A stretch of DNA of 64,000 nucleotides from Isurus oxyrinchus (Eukaryota), in NCBI GenBank assembly GCA_026770705.1, contig JANJGN010000001.1, forward strand, positions 76,198,001 to 76,262,000, written 5' to 3'. The notes under the pieces were generated by a model. The model was not told where the DNA came from. It saw nothing but the letters and a program-made list of their open reading frames with translations, and did not search any database. The translations under genes were made by a program, and so were the position numbers. Shown here in pieces: positions 36,871 through 50,129 of the stretch (position 1 is the stretch's first letter; each line of letters begins with the position of its first letter).

Positions 36871-39786
36871 GGGCTGGATTTTTGGTTCCAGCCAAGGACG
36901 GGAACTGAGCGACTGGGAGTCCAAGTTAGCAGTGATAGCCAGCATTCCAATTTCCTAATGTTGTTCCCAGGGCCAGCCACATTCACTAAGGTAGGGGGAA
37001 GGAAGTCCTGGGATCCTGTCTGGTCCTTGATTAAGGCCAGTAAAGCTGATTTAAGGAGCTTGTAAATGAGGAATGTTTTGATGTTCGTCAAGATGCACTG
37101 GCTCCTCACACTGTCTGGGGAAGATCAGGGAAGGGAGGTGGCTATACATGGGAACCAGCCAAGTCTGCCCCAGGGAATTCCCTGGGCCCCATAAAAGGGT
37201 GAGCGGTGCAGAGGGAGCCTTAACCATTGACAAACAGGAGCCCTTGGCACAGCACAGGCAGCATAGAGAGTGGGCAGTAAGCACTTGGGCAGTGCAGGGG
37301 TTTGTCACCCTCATCGGGGCCTAAAACAGGGAGGAATGCTGCCAGGGATGTTTGGGTGGTTACCTGGCCACAAGGAAAACAGCAGCTGGCAATGGGAGCA
37401 GAACTCTCAGATTTTGGGCCCAGTGGCGATGCGGTCATGCCCTCAGGATCATCTGGCAAAGATGGAGCTACCTGGCGATGACCAAGAACCAGTGCTGCAG
37501 GAGATTGCGATTCCCAGGCATTCACTATTATCTGTGCCTCTGTTGCAGAAGACCTCACATCTCGCATGACTAGCTGTCATGCCATCCCAGTAGCCATTAA
37601 AGCCTCTGTGGCCTTGAACTTTTTTGCCTCTTGCTCCTTCCAATGATCAGTTGTGGACCTTGAAGGCATTTTCCAAAAGGTAGCATACCACTGCATCTCA
37701 CAGTTTTACTGATGCCTCTGCCAGAGCTGGACAGTACATTCATTTCATGACATATGTGGCCTCACAGGTCAGTTGGTTTCTCCACTGTGGCTGCATTCCC
37801 CCAGGAACAGGGCAACATCAAGACATCGAGTGACTGTTCATCAATAGGAACGACTTCCACTTCCTCAATATTCAGCTGATCTTCGATCAGGACAAAAACT
37901 TCCTCTCTGTGTGATTTCGCTTTCCTGGCAGCTGTTGTGACTCCTTCATCATCTTCCAGTCGGTAGCTGCACTCCAAATCCAAACTCCAAGGATGTATTG
38001 TAGGGGATAAGTGGTATCTCCTGAAGAGATGCTACTCATCCCTCTGAGAGCCTAAGAGACACAGAGGCAATGCAACCAAAGCCATCTGTTCACCAGGACT
38101 AACATTCACTGAGTTGGTAATTGGGTTTCTCAAGGTGTGGTTCCAGTACTTGGACAGGTGACACCCTGCAATACACTCCCTAAAGGGATCTAGGTTGTTG
38201 TGGTCTGCTTTGGTCACCATAAATGGCCCTCTGGAGGGGTATTGGAACTTGACGATGGTCAGGCCTTGTAAGGAGACAGCTCTTCGGGAGAAGAGGAGGA
38301 GCAGGGTGAGGAGGCAGATGGTGAAGGATACAGAACACCGTGGCTGCGCAGGGAGGTGATTGGACACAGCATGGTGCTTGAAGGTCTTGTCAAGACACCA
38401 TGAATGTCAAGGGTCACTTGATTCCAGAACGTTTCAACTGAACCCCTCTGTCCCAGGATGAATGGTATGGAACTCACTCTGAAATGTTTGTGCTAACACT
38501 TCCATTGAAGAGCAGCCTGGAACATGTGAAGTCTTACCACCAATCAGTCTGGAAGTTTCACCATCACCACTATTGATGGACCCTTGCTCTCCTTCAATGT
38601 TTCATACCTCCTTTTATTAATGGTGGGACAGAAAAAAAGTGTCTCATGTGTGGCTTCATGTCATTATTTGAATTGTATGCAGAAAGGAAAATAGTGCACA
38701 ATTGCAGCAAGAAGAAACCCTAGTCGCCCACTCAGTGCTCTGGTTGACGAGGTGGCCTTCATACTTGGCAATGCAGTGCTACCTTTGTGGCCTTGAAGGA
38801 TGCGGAGGCAGCCATGTGAACTGGAGCACAGTAGCAGCGGCAGTGCTGAGGCTGCCCATTGCAGCTGAGCATCTGGCATGTTGTTAGATGGGTGAAGTGC
38901 AATCCACCCCCTTAATAAGCACATTACCCTTTGCAATCACCATCTCAACATGAATGCACGCTTCACCATAGCGGACTTCCTCGTGGTCTGTGATCTGACT
39001 ATTTCCATTGCTCTCTTCATTGATGCAACAATCTCAAGGCACGGTACCTCTCCACCTGTTTGGACCCTCTCTCATGCATTATGGGCCTGTTTCTCCTGCA
39101 AGATCAAAAGAGAGTTATAAGCCACTGCTGTCCTCAATGGAGGCTTCTCCAATTCATTGGAGGATGCATGTTTCATTGCTGGCACCTCTATGGCTCTGAG
39201 GAATCTGAGAGGCCAGTAAGTGCCCTGAGCACATTTCCCATCAGCTGCTCAGGCTCCTCAGCCGATGTGTCTGCTGGAGGGTGAATACCCAGAGGCCTGT
39301 CCTGAGGGTTGGGGTAGCACTCAGAATGTATCGGGCCATTGAACCTTTACCTGTACTGAATCCAAGTTCTTCTGGCCACTCTTCTGCTGCTGATAGATCT
39401 TTGTGGCAGGCCTCCTCCTGCACCCACCCCCCCCCCCCAAAGTAGCTCCCTCCTCACCCTCGTAGCCTCCATCGTCACCTCCACGCCTGAAAGTAGAGGG
39501 GTTGCACTGCCCTGTGTTCCAGGCCTCTGGCTCTTGAGACATTGTGGAAATGATGTTTTCTCTGATTCTTCAGTGTGCATTTACAGTTGAGAAAGGCTCT
39601 GTGGTGAATTTAAATCGGACATGCACTTGTTTTGGCCCACCTCCACTCCCACCCAAATGGCTATTAATTGACCACCAAACCTGTCTCCACCCACCCATGA
39701 AACTTGGGGCCCATTTCCCTGGAGCATGCTTGGACCCAGAAATGGTCCAAGTTCTATTTCCTGCCTCTGCAATGAAAAACCAGCCC
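36871..39786. mobile_element. Full-length decayed Harbinger: transposase on + (about 37330-38230), Myb/SANT gene on - (start about 39250-39580)
   Basis: TIRs GGGCTGGATTTTT and GAAAAACCAGCCC; 3-bp TSD AAT at 36868-36870 and 39787-39789; AIPVAIKASVALNFFASCSFQ on +; RRTWIQYR*RFN on -. Confidence 0.88.
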
Positions 39787-40138
39787 AATGGGTTTGAGAT
39801 TCATAGAAATTTTAGTTTACAAGAGGGAGATGAATGTGTGACACGAACTGCCCAGGATTTCAGTGGAAGCAATGCAACACAATTTGAGGGAGAAATGGTT
39901 AGATATTTCAGAGAGTGAATGATTGTAAGTATTCATCTTTTTGGAAATAGTTAAGTTGTCTGCCTTGACTTTTCAAGTCCTGTACTTTCCTAAGTTTCTC
40001 ACTATGTTTAATAGTTCCTCTCATAATCTAGAACTGCAAGAAAGCAGTTGTCATTGTGGAATTCCTTTAGAATGTTAAAAGAATGTTTGTATGGGTTTAA
40101 GTAATGTTTTCTTGGTTTGAGCATGTAAGCTGCAGGAC

Positions 40139-40561
40139 AAAAACAAAAAAACTGCGGATGCTGGAAGTCCAAAACAAAAACAAAAACAGAATTACCTGGA
40201 AAGACTCAGCAGGTCTGGCAGCATCGGCGGAGAAGAAAAGAGTTGACGTTTCGAGTCCTCATGACCCTTCAACAGACCTTGAGTTCGAGTCCAAGAAAGA
40301 GTTGAAATATAAGCTGGTTTAAGGTGTGTGTTTAATTGACTGCCACTGCTCTTCAAGAAATGCCTACCTCCTTGAAGAAGTTCTGTTCTTTTCTGCGACA
40401 AGATTTCCGTTCCTCTCTTTTGCCCTGCTCATCTTCCTTGCTTTCCATTTCCCTCCTGGTGTTTGACAAGGTGTTTACTAAAACCCGCTTTCACAGCCAT
40501 ATCTCCTTTCTCAGTGACTGTCTTCCCTACAACCACACCCCCCCCCCCCCCCCCCCCCCCA

Positions 40562-40593
<32 letters not shown>

Positions 40594-40716
40594 CGCCCCC
40601 CCCCCACACACACACCTTAAACCAGCTTATATTTCAACTCTTTCTTGGACTCGAACTCAAGTTCTGTCGAAGGGTCATGAGGACTCGAAACGTCAACTCT
40701 TTTCTTCTCCGCCGAT
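40139..40716. mobile_element. Fold-back mini-Penelope: inverted pLTR arms around the ORF 5' start
   Basis: Arms at about 40218-40330 and 40609-40721; 10-bp TSD GCTGCAGGAC at 40129-40138 and 40717-40726; loop encodes TRFHSHISFLSDCL, resembling a Penelope ORF N-terminus. Confidence 0.88.
40660..40698 (+). ncRNA. Minimal type I hammerhead-ribozyme-like motif in the Penelope pLTR (variant core)
   Basis: AGTT-CTGTCGA-A-GGGTC/GACTC stem-GAAAC-GTC-AACT: stem I AGTT/AACT, stem II, GAAA and palindromic ACGT stem III. An antisense copy lies at 40241-40279. Confidence 0.65.
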
Positions 40717-41569
40717 GCTGCAGGACCTGCTGCTTTTAATCATTCTTGATTTCAAGAAGGAGCTAATGTTCCTTAAAGGCCCAGTGGGAAGCAAAGAATT
40801 TTACTGAACTGTTGATTATGTATTTTGTTTGGTGGGCTTTATATCAAGAGATTTGACATGATTTTAAGATAGCAGCCAATGTAGGCCTGTGAGCACATGG
40901 GTAATGTATGACCGTGTTTTGATGTCACTGTGTCAAACTGTTTGTATGATTATGGACTTGCTTGAAACTAGATAATTCTCATTGTGGTTTTATTCATCAT
41001 AGCTTTAGGTTCAAGAAAGAAAGAACTAACATTTTCATGGTGTGTTTCATGACCTCAGGGTGTCCAAAAGTACTTTACAGCCAATAAAATATTTTAAAAG
41101 TTTAGACATTGTTCTAATAGAGGAATTAAAGCATTAAGTTTTAATTTCTAAAGTTCATAAAATGATGAGTGTCAGCAGACTATCTCTGAACTATAAATGA
41201 GTGAGAATCTTTGGTGATTCCTCACTTTTTTTTCCTCCCACACAACCCCACTAACTTTCCAAGTTGGGGATGCTTAGGAAATATGCCTTACTGATAACCC
41301 TCCTAAGACCCTCTAACTGAGCATAGATTTGTGATTAAACATAACCACATTCTTGGTCCTTATACATTTGTATTGAATGCCACAGTATATTTCCAGGTTT
41401 AAGATAATATGAAATTGATATCTTTTTGGAGAAAGTGAGCTGAAATGCATAAACACAGTATTTCCAGATTGCCGTGTATCTGTACGAAAGAGAGATGATG
41501 GCAAGCAGTAGAAAGTGTGACTTATCCCAATCATGGGAATTAGTTTTTCAAAGATTTAAGTTTTCCTAT

Positions 41570-43980
41570 ATGAGCGAGATGAAGGAAGTGGAGGATGCAT
41601 AAGAGGCCAGAGTTTGAGGAATGCAGAGTTCTTGGAAGGTTGTAGGCCTGGAGGAGGTTAGAGAGATTGGGAAAGGTTTGAACACAAAGATGAGAATTTT
41701 AAAATGGAGGCATTCAGAGTTCTATAGCCGATGTTGGCCAGTTGAGCACAGGTGATGGGTGACCTGGATTTGGTTTGAATTGGTATACAGACAGCAGAGA
41801 TTTGGATGTGCTTCTTAAAGGGACTTCAACTCAATAGGCAAAGTATGTCAGCTGAGTTCAATGTGGGGAAGTGTTAAGTCATCCACTTTGGATCTGAGAG
41901 GCAAATTGGAATATTTTCTTGAAGGCATGAGACTAGGAACTCTGGAAGAGCAAAGAAGCTTCAGGCTCTGTGTGCACATCACAAAGCAAGTCTGCAGGTA
42001 CAAAAACGAATGTGAAAAAAGCCAATGGAATGTTGGCGTTTATTTCAAGGATGTTGGAACACAAAAATTAGGAAATGGTTCCTTCAGTTGTACAGAGTCA
42101 TGGCCAGGTCTCATCTGGACTACTGATCACAAAAGATAAATTGGCTTTTCAAAGGATACAGCACAGGGACAACAGAATGATACCTGGGCTGAAAGGATTA
42201 AATTATATGGCTAGGTTGCATACACTTCATTTGTATTCCCTTAAGCTTGGAAGGTTGAGGAACAATTGATTGAGGTTTTAAAATAATGAAGAGATTCAAA
42301 GAATTACATTGAATTTTATAGCATAGAAACCGGCTATTAGGCCCAACAGATCTATGTTGGTGTTTCACAAACCTTCTCCTACCTTGCTTCAGTGCTATCA
42401 GCAAATAATTCTATTTTCCCTCATATTCATCTAGCTTCTCCTTAAATGCATCTATGCTATTCACAACAATCACTCCATGGGATAGCGAGTTCCACATTCT
42501 CACCACTGTCTGAATAAAGGAACTTCTCTTAAGATTCTGTATTGGATTTTCAAGTTTCTTCATATTCATGGCCCTTAGTTCTGGACTTCCCCACAAGTGA
42601 AAACCTCCTCCCTAATAGTATCCTATCAAACTTCTTCATAATTTTAAAGACTTGTTTCAGGTTATCTCTCAGGTCCCAGCCTGGTCACCATTTCCTGATG
42701 GTTATAACCTCTTAGTTCTGGTATCATCTGTCCAAATCTTTTTTGCATATTCCGAGTGCTTTTGGGCTGTAACTTCCAAGCTCCAAGATGTCGTGCCTGG
42801 GGGTGTACCCCAAAGATACGCTGGGGAACCCACCATGGAAGTTCCCAGGTAAGGTTTGCATGGCAATTGTCTGACAAGTGCAAACTTCCCATGGGCAATT
42901 ATCCTGCACTGAGAACCATCTGAAAATGCAATTTAAATTGCAAACTTTGGATTGTTCCAAAGTTGCCCAGAAAAACTTGAAGAATTAAATCACTTCTAGC
43001 TTCTGGATAACTATTGTACAGGCATACACTGAATATGCATAGGACTCCCCTCACACCCAAGAACCCCCCAGGGGACTCCCCCCACCCCCGACTACTCCCC
43101 CACCCTCCTTCCGTGGGACACCCCATGTACCTCCCTCGAGACTTTCCCTGACCACTCCCTCAGGCCTGACCCCCCCCCCCCCTTCCCCACCCCACCTCTT
43201 CCCCACGCATAAAATTGTACCCACATACCTTATACACTTATCTTGTCAAAGACCTTTTAACCTGGCTGGACATTTAAACTTACCTGGTTTATGGCAGCTA
43301 GTGCTTGTGCATAAAGGGGGATGTGGCTTATTTATCTTCAACTCTGCAGCCGGACACTAGGCCTGGAGATAGGCTCCGCTGCCCAGATCTTGCCTGGCCT
43401 GAGTCGGAAGGTTGGCGGGTTAGGATCACCTGGATTTCAAGGTAAGAACTTTCGAGTGGAGTGGTAATCTGACTTGATTGCCACTTCTTCAAAAGTTATG
43501 GCCATTTGTATCCGTTTCATAATATGGAGACCAAAACTGTGCACGCTATTCCAAATGTCGCCTCACCAAGGTCCTTTATGAGTATAACATTAACCTTCGG
43601 CTTTGAAATCTATTCCTGCAGAGATGAAACCCATACTTCGATTGCTGTTTTTGTGGCTTTGATAACCTGTGTTGCTACTTGTAATTCTTTGTGAATCTGT
43701 AACCTGAGACCCCCTTGTGTTCCAACCCTATATTAACTCTTATTTTATAAGTGCTCGTTATTTCTTGTCCCAAATACATGACCTCAGATTTATCTACATG
43801 ACCTCAGATTTATCTATAGTGCAATTAATTTACCATTTTCATGTTCTTTCTGCAAGTTTATTAATATCTTCCTTTTTTGTCATAATCTCGCTCGGATTAG
43901 CTATACTCTCCAATTTGGGGTAATTGCTAATTTTGATATTGTATTCCTAATTCCTGAATCTAACTCCTTTAATATTCAAT
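41570..43980. mobile_element. Cluster of decayed L2 (-, about 41570-41810) and CR1 fragments (+ 41815-42300; - 42320-43980)
   Basis: CR1 3' motifs such as RMIPGLKGLNY and VVRMWNSL. Confidence 0.75.
42764..43504. mobile_element. Non-autonomous Harbinger-type element (MITE) in CR1
   Basis: Imperfect TIRs GGGCTGTAACTT and AAGTTATGGCCA; TTT on both flanks; CR1 sequence rejoins across it. Confidence 0.6.
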
Positions 43981-44469
43981 AGGGTAAATGCAGAGACACT
44001 TTTCACTGGTGGAAACCAGAACAAAGGGGTGAACTTGGATATACCCAAAAATGGGAGCAGGAATTGTGATGTGGGATTAACCATGCCCATTGCCTCCGAT
44101 GCAGACAGCATGTAAACTTTGTGCTACTTGCTAATTTAAACTGTTGTAGCATACAACCAGTGCTAATGGTGCTACATGCCTGAGCAGGGGTTGCAAAATC
44201 ATGGAAGGCTAACACCAGTTAAAGCTAACTTGCAAAAATTTAAAACCAGCCTACACCACCTAAAGGGAAGTTGCATGGTGGCTTGAGCCAATGCTGGAAG
44301 CCACCTCCACAACTTCCTCTTGCTCTTCCTGCAACTCTTCCTCAAAACATCATGATATATATTTTAGGTAATGCCACCATAGATTGAATGAAAAGTTCCC
44401 TGTTATCTTTGGACAAAAGTTTATAATCAATTTTATAATATCCCCCACTGCCAGCTGATTAGTTCATCT

Positions 44470-47205
44470 TGGCCTCCTGAGGTTCCCAGCATCTCATATG
44501 CCAGTCTTCAGCCAATTAGTTTCACAACACATGATATCAAGAAACAGCTGAGCACACTGGATGCAGCAAAAACTTTGGATCTCAACAACATCCCTGTTGA
44601 AGACCTGTGCTCCAGTACTAGCCACACAGCTAGCAAAACTGTTTCAGTACAGCTGCAACACAGGCCATCTACCCAGAATCACAGAATTGTTACAGTGCAG
44701 AAGGAAGCCATTCAGCCTGTTGTGTCTGCACCAGCCCTCCGAAGGAGCAATTCTTGTACCACTCTGTGATCTTCTCCCCGTAGCCCTGCACGTTCTTCCT
44801 TTTGAGATAATAATTCAATTTCCTCTTGAATGCCTCGATTGAACCTATCTCCACCAAGCTCTCAGACGGTGCATTCCAGATCTCAACCACTCACTGCATG
44901 AAAAAGTTTCTCCTCCTGTCACCATTGCTTCTTTTACCAACTACCTTAAATCTGTTCCCTCTTGTTCTTGATCATTCCACCATTGGAATAGTTTTTTGCT
45001 TTCTACTCTGTCCAGACCCCTCATGATTTTGAATAGCCCTATCAGATCTCCCCTCAACCTTATCTTCTCCAAGGAAAACAGTCCCAACTTCTGCAATCTA
45101 TTTATGTAATTGAAGTTCCTCATCCTTGGAACCATTCTCTCTCATGCCTTCAAAGCTTAAATTGTGGTGCCCAGAGCTAGGTGCAATTGTCCAGTTGAGG
45201 CTGAACTAGTGTTGTATACAAATTTAACATAACTTCCTTGCTTTTGTAGTCTATGCTCCTATTAATAAAGCCTAGGATGCTGTATGCATTATGAACCGCT
45301 CTCTCCACCTATCCTACCACCTTCAATGAGTCATGCACATGTACACCTAAGACCTTCTGCTCCTGCACCCCCTTTAGAATTTTACCCTTTTTTATATTGC
45401 CCCTCCACGTTCTTCCTACCAAAATGAATCACTTCATACTTCTGCATTGAATTTCACCTGCCACCTGCCTGCCCATTCCGCCAACCTAACTACGTCCTTT
45501 TGAAGTTCAATACTGTCCTCCTGATGGGTCACAGTATTTCCAAGTTTCATATCATTCTCAAATTTTGAAATTGATGTACACCAAGGTCTAGGTTATTAAT
45601 ATATTTCAGGAAGAGAAAGGGTTTATACACCAACTCCTGGGGAACCTGAACCTTCCTCGAGTCCCAAAAACGAACATCAACCACTACTCTCCATTTACTG
45701 TCAATTTTGCATCCATGTTGTCCTTTTATTCCATAAGCTATAACTTTGCTCACAAATCTGTGATGCGGCACTTTCTCAAATGCCTTTTGGAAGTCCATGT
45801 ACACCACATCAACAGCATAACCCTAATTAATCCCCTCTGTTACCTCATCAAAAAACTCCAACTTCGTTAGACATGATTTTCCCTTAACAAATCTGGCTTT
45901 GCTGGCTTTCCTTAATTAACCCGCATTTTCCCAAACGACTATTAACTTTGTCCTGAGTTATTGTTTCTAGAAACTTCCCCACCACTGAAGTTAAAGCAAC
46001 TGGCTTGTAGTTGCTGGGCTTATCTTTGCACCTTTTTTTTGAACAATGGTGTAACATTTGCAATTTGCCAGTCCTCTGGCACCATCACGAGTCAAAGCAA
46101 GACTGGAGATCATGGCCAGGGGCTCCACAATTTCCACACTCACTTCCCTCTATATCCTTGGATGCGTCCCATCCGGACCTGGTGCCTTATCAACTTTAAA
46201 CACAGACAGCTTACCCAAGCTACCTCCTCATCGATTTTAGACCCTTCAAGTGTCTGAACTACCTCCGCTTTCACCATGGCCTATGCAGCAGCATCATCCA
46301 TTGTAAAGTAATCATTTAGTGCTTCAGCCACTCCTCCTGCCTCTATGCATAAATCCCCTTTGTGGTCCCTAATCCCTTTTATGTTAGCTGCTAGTCTCTT
46401 TTCATACTCTCTTTGCTTCTTTTACTTGCTTTTTCACTTTCCCTCTGAACCTTCTGTGTTCAGCCTGGTTGTATTACTTCCCCGGCATCTGTCATAAGCA
46501 CACTTTTTCTTCATCTTAATCTCTATCTCTTTTCATCGTCCAGAGAGCTCTGTATTTGTTTGCTCTACCTTTCCCCTTCATGAGATTATACCTTGACTGT
46601 GCTGAACAATCTCTTCTTTGAAGGCAGCCTATTGTTTAGTTAGTATTTTGCTTGCTATCCTTGGTTCCAATTTATCTGGTCCTGATCCAATCATACCTGA
46701 CAAAGTGGAACATTGCCTAGGTGTGTCCTGAGCACAAAAAGCAACCCAATTCAATCACTTAGACCCCATCTGTCTACTCTCAATCATCAGTAAAGTGATG
46801 GAAGGTGTTGCCGATGGTACTTTCATGCAGTACTTAAACTGCAATAACCTACACATGAATACTCCATTTGGATTCTGCCAAGACCACTCAGTTCCAGACC
46901 ACATTATAGCCTTGACCTAAATGTGGACTGAAGAGTTGAATTCTAGAGGTAAGTTGAGAAGTGGGTGACAAGACAACAACTCTTGATGTGTATCATCAAG
47001 GTGCCCAGGTAAAATTGAAGTCAATGGGAATCGGGGGTGGGGGGAGCTCTTTCTGCCATACCCATCACAAAGGATGATGGCTGTGGTTGTCAGATTCCAA
47101 TCATCTCATCCCCAGGATATTGCTGCAGGAATTCCTCGTTTGTTCTAGACCAAACATCTTAAAAGCTTCTTCATCAATGACTCTCCGACATCATTAGCTC
47201 AGGAG
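44470..47205. mobile_element. Second-family CR1 (+; 44470-44675 and 46700-47205) split by a minus-strand CR1 (44676-46700)
   Basis: LKTCAPVLATQLAKLFQYS on +; VYMDFQKAFEKVPH and LQKLGLFSLEKIRLRGDLI on -. Confidence 0.85.
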
Positions 47206-47569
47206 TGTTAACATGTGTACAAGTTTTTGCTGTTTTGATACATTTGTATCTAAGCAATTGGAAAAAAAATATTTACAAGTGTTGTATTTTTTCTGCTCAC
47301 TTTTTCTGCTCATGTATGCGTATTTATGTTCGGTTGTCTATTAAAGACAATGAAAATACTTTTTTGCACAGAATTTTAAAAATCTGCACATATTTCCTCT
47401 GAACGTTGTTTTTGCTATTTTATACAAGACAGACTACTCACGATGGAAGAACGTTCATAGAATTTTGCTTGTTTATTTTCAATGCCAGAAATATTCAGAA
47501 CTGAAAGTTTATATTTTTATATTTTTACTACCTGAGAATTTGCTTCTGAGTTGTTGGTTTCCTCCATAG

Positions 47570-47678
47570 ACTGCTATGTCATACCATGAAAGACCACCTG
47601 GTGAGGGTAGCAAATGAGGCTGAGTTTATCCTGAGCAGACAACGGGCAGAGGATATACATAGACATGCTGAGTTTGAG
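47570..47678 (+). CDS. LRBA: LRBA internal coding exon, 109 bp
   Basis: (R)[36 protein letters not shown]; acceptor ccatag, donor GAG|gtaagc; phase 2 joins the 30010-30074 exon (AG+A = Arg). Confidence 0.96.
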
Positions 47679-48639
47679 GTAAGCTGACGTTTGCTGGATA
47701 CATGCTATAGTTTGCCATTTGTCTAAACAAAACTCTACATAGTTTGCTCCACAGAGATGGTGACTGGTCTTTTCAGGATTAACAATTCTACGTGATAGTT
47801 TTCTTGTATAATTTTGCAAGCAAAATTCTAATTGTATTTTAAAATGCATATGACCACTCTTTCTCGGGCAAGTTTGACTGCTGCTCTGTGTTAATGACTG
47901 TAAATGGAGATATGGTGCTGCATTGAAACAAAGTCACATTCATCTTGTTGATCTGTGATGCCAATTAAGATATTTTATGTGGAGGAGATTCTAATGATTC
48001 AGAGTTGTAGGTAATTAATTACAGATACTTGAAGGAAATGCTGCTTGTATGGTTTCTGTAGATTTATTTTTTCCTTATCTTTATTTCTTCCTTATCTTTA
48101 TTTCTCTATTCTTGGCTATTTTTCCTATTCCACTATCCTCCTTCTTCTTCTGGGTACATTTTTTTCATATTTACAAGACTTTGTCCAGTTAACCATTGTA
48201 AGTACCTGCATATTACCGGTACTATTTGTGACATGTTCCTGTTGCCACAATATATTATGGATGTAAAGATTGTTTGAGCATTACCAAGATCCACTTTTGC
48301 CCCATATGTATTGAGGCAAGTTTATAAACCATTCGTTTAATATGTAGATTATCTGAAATTATAAACACCATTGTTTTGGTTGGGGCACCTTAGAAGAGAA
48401 GCCTGAATCAAAGATAAACAAGAATTGGAATGGTATTTTCTGAAAGATAAATATTGCATTTGGAAAACTGCATTTGAAAGTACACGTGGTATGTGGTCTG
48501 CTTCTAACGCACAAGCTTTTTTGTTTAAATACTGTTTTTAGCTTCTGCGGTATTGTTTTTTTTGTTGTTTCCTTGTGGCACCAGTTATTGTTTTATTGTA
48601 GTCTCCTGTTTGTGGTATAAGAGTGAGTCCAGTAACCAA

Positions 48640-49923
48640 TGTGAAGAATTGCAGTGTGTTAAGAAATAGAGATAGTTTAAGTAAGTTGTATTGGTATTTG
48701 TAGATGTTAGGAATGAGTTTTATCTTTAAAATTTGATTGATTTGTATTCCTGTATCTGTGTATTAAGAAAGCTCAAATTGAGTTTTAGTTTCACTTTATA
48801 AAGGTGCCTGCATTTTAATGAGGTTTTTTACAACTGTAAGCTAAGTTAAATAAACAAGGGTAGAAGAATTAGACTAGAAACGGGGCTAGAGAGGCAAGTC
48901 CCTTCCACAGACACAAAAACTAGAAACAGCAGTTTTAGTTTGTTTGAAGCCAGGACTCCAGAGAGACTGGACACTGGGAGAGGGAGCTGCAGATTTCCCA
49001 AAAGAACCAGAAGGTCCCAAGGCCAAAGGAGTGAGACAGAAACTGGGGAAAGTCCAAAGAAGACCTTCTAGTCAAAGAAAGGACAGGAACCTGGAAAAAG
49101 TCCTGTTAATGAAGATGAGTGAGGAGTAGAGAGAGAGGCTCCAAGCTTCTGATTTAAAGAGACAAAAGCTGCAGGAAGCAGATTTAAAGCGAGAACAGGA
49201 AAGAAGGTCGAAAGAGACAAATGAAGGCATGTAACTCTTTGCTAAGGGCATGTGAAACAGTGGTACTGTTGATGCCTGAGTTGGTGAGAGAGAGTGCGTG
49301 GAAGATGGCTTGAGTGCATATGGTGACCCAGGGGAGAAGAACATCGGAAAGAGAGTTTGAAACCCTGGAGGGTGAAGCCTTGCAGAAGACGTCTGAGAGG
49401 AAGTGTCAATTTGGGAGAAGATTCCAAAGCGAGGCCTTGGAGAGTGAAGATTGGAAACCCTCGTGTGAAAAATGGAGTGCAGTGAAACAGGTTGGCTCAT
49501 GGTGTGATAAGCTGCTGGGGGAGAGTTGAGGGGAGATCCATAGCATCAGGTTGAGGTGGTATCTGTCACTTGGTTTCAGAGCATGGTGTGTCCGACAACA
49601 GGCTGCCTATTGGTTTACATGGACTGGTATTTACTGTATACATTAAAGTATAAGATGTATTATGTAACTTTTGCTATCCTTACAAATCTGTATACATCTA
49701 TAAAGGTATAGTTGTGGGTGAAGGAGTATTGTAATATGGCTCATCTTTTCTTGTTTAATAAACGTTATATTCTTTTGTTAAAAGCTCATCAGCTGACTTC
49801 TGTGACTCTGTTCAGTAGCTATGCTCCATGTATCTAAACAAACTAATAAAAGTAGGATCTAACAAATGGGTTCCACTCTGGGATTGGGCTTGTCCAGGGG
49901 TAACCTCAGCTGGAATCATAACA
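48640..49923 (+). mobile_element. Probable solo LTR (about 1.3 kb)
   Basis: Ends TCATAACA like the LTR at 27287-28194, with AATAAA near the 3' end. The 5' end TGTGAAGA and the TSD (CAAT/CATT) are imperfect, so the left boundary is uncertain. Confidence 0.65.
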
Positions 49924-50129
49924 CATTGTGATAGTCTTAATGGCATGATATTAATATGAATCTCCCTTCCCTGTTGCTACAAAAACAGGAAAACAGAAAG
50001 TACTAGGAATGCAGGCAGGCCAGGCACTATCCAAAAAGATGTTAGTGATTCAGACAGAGAGTGATCATCTGAACTGAGTATGGAAGGCAGCTAAGCCCTT
50101 CCTTTGACTTGACCAAAATCAAATGGGAA

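Noticed and set aside
30010-47678. NBEA rather than LRBA
   Set aside because: Diagnostic residues as recalled ([26 protein letters not shown]) match LRBA; NBEA has ELINEGR, AMKDHIVRV, ILNRQ, DVHKH.
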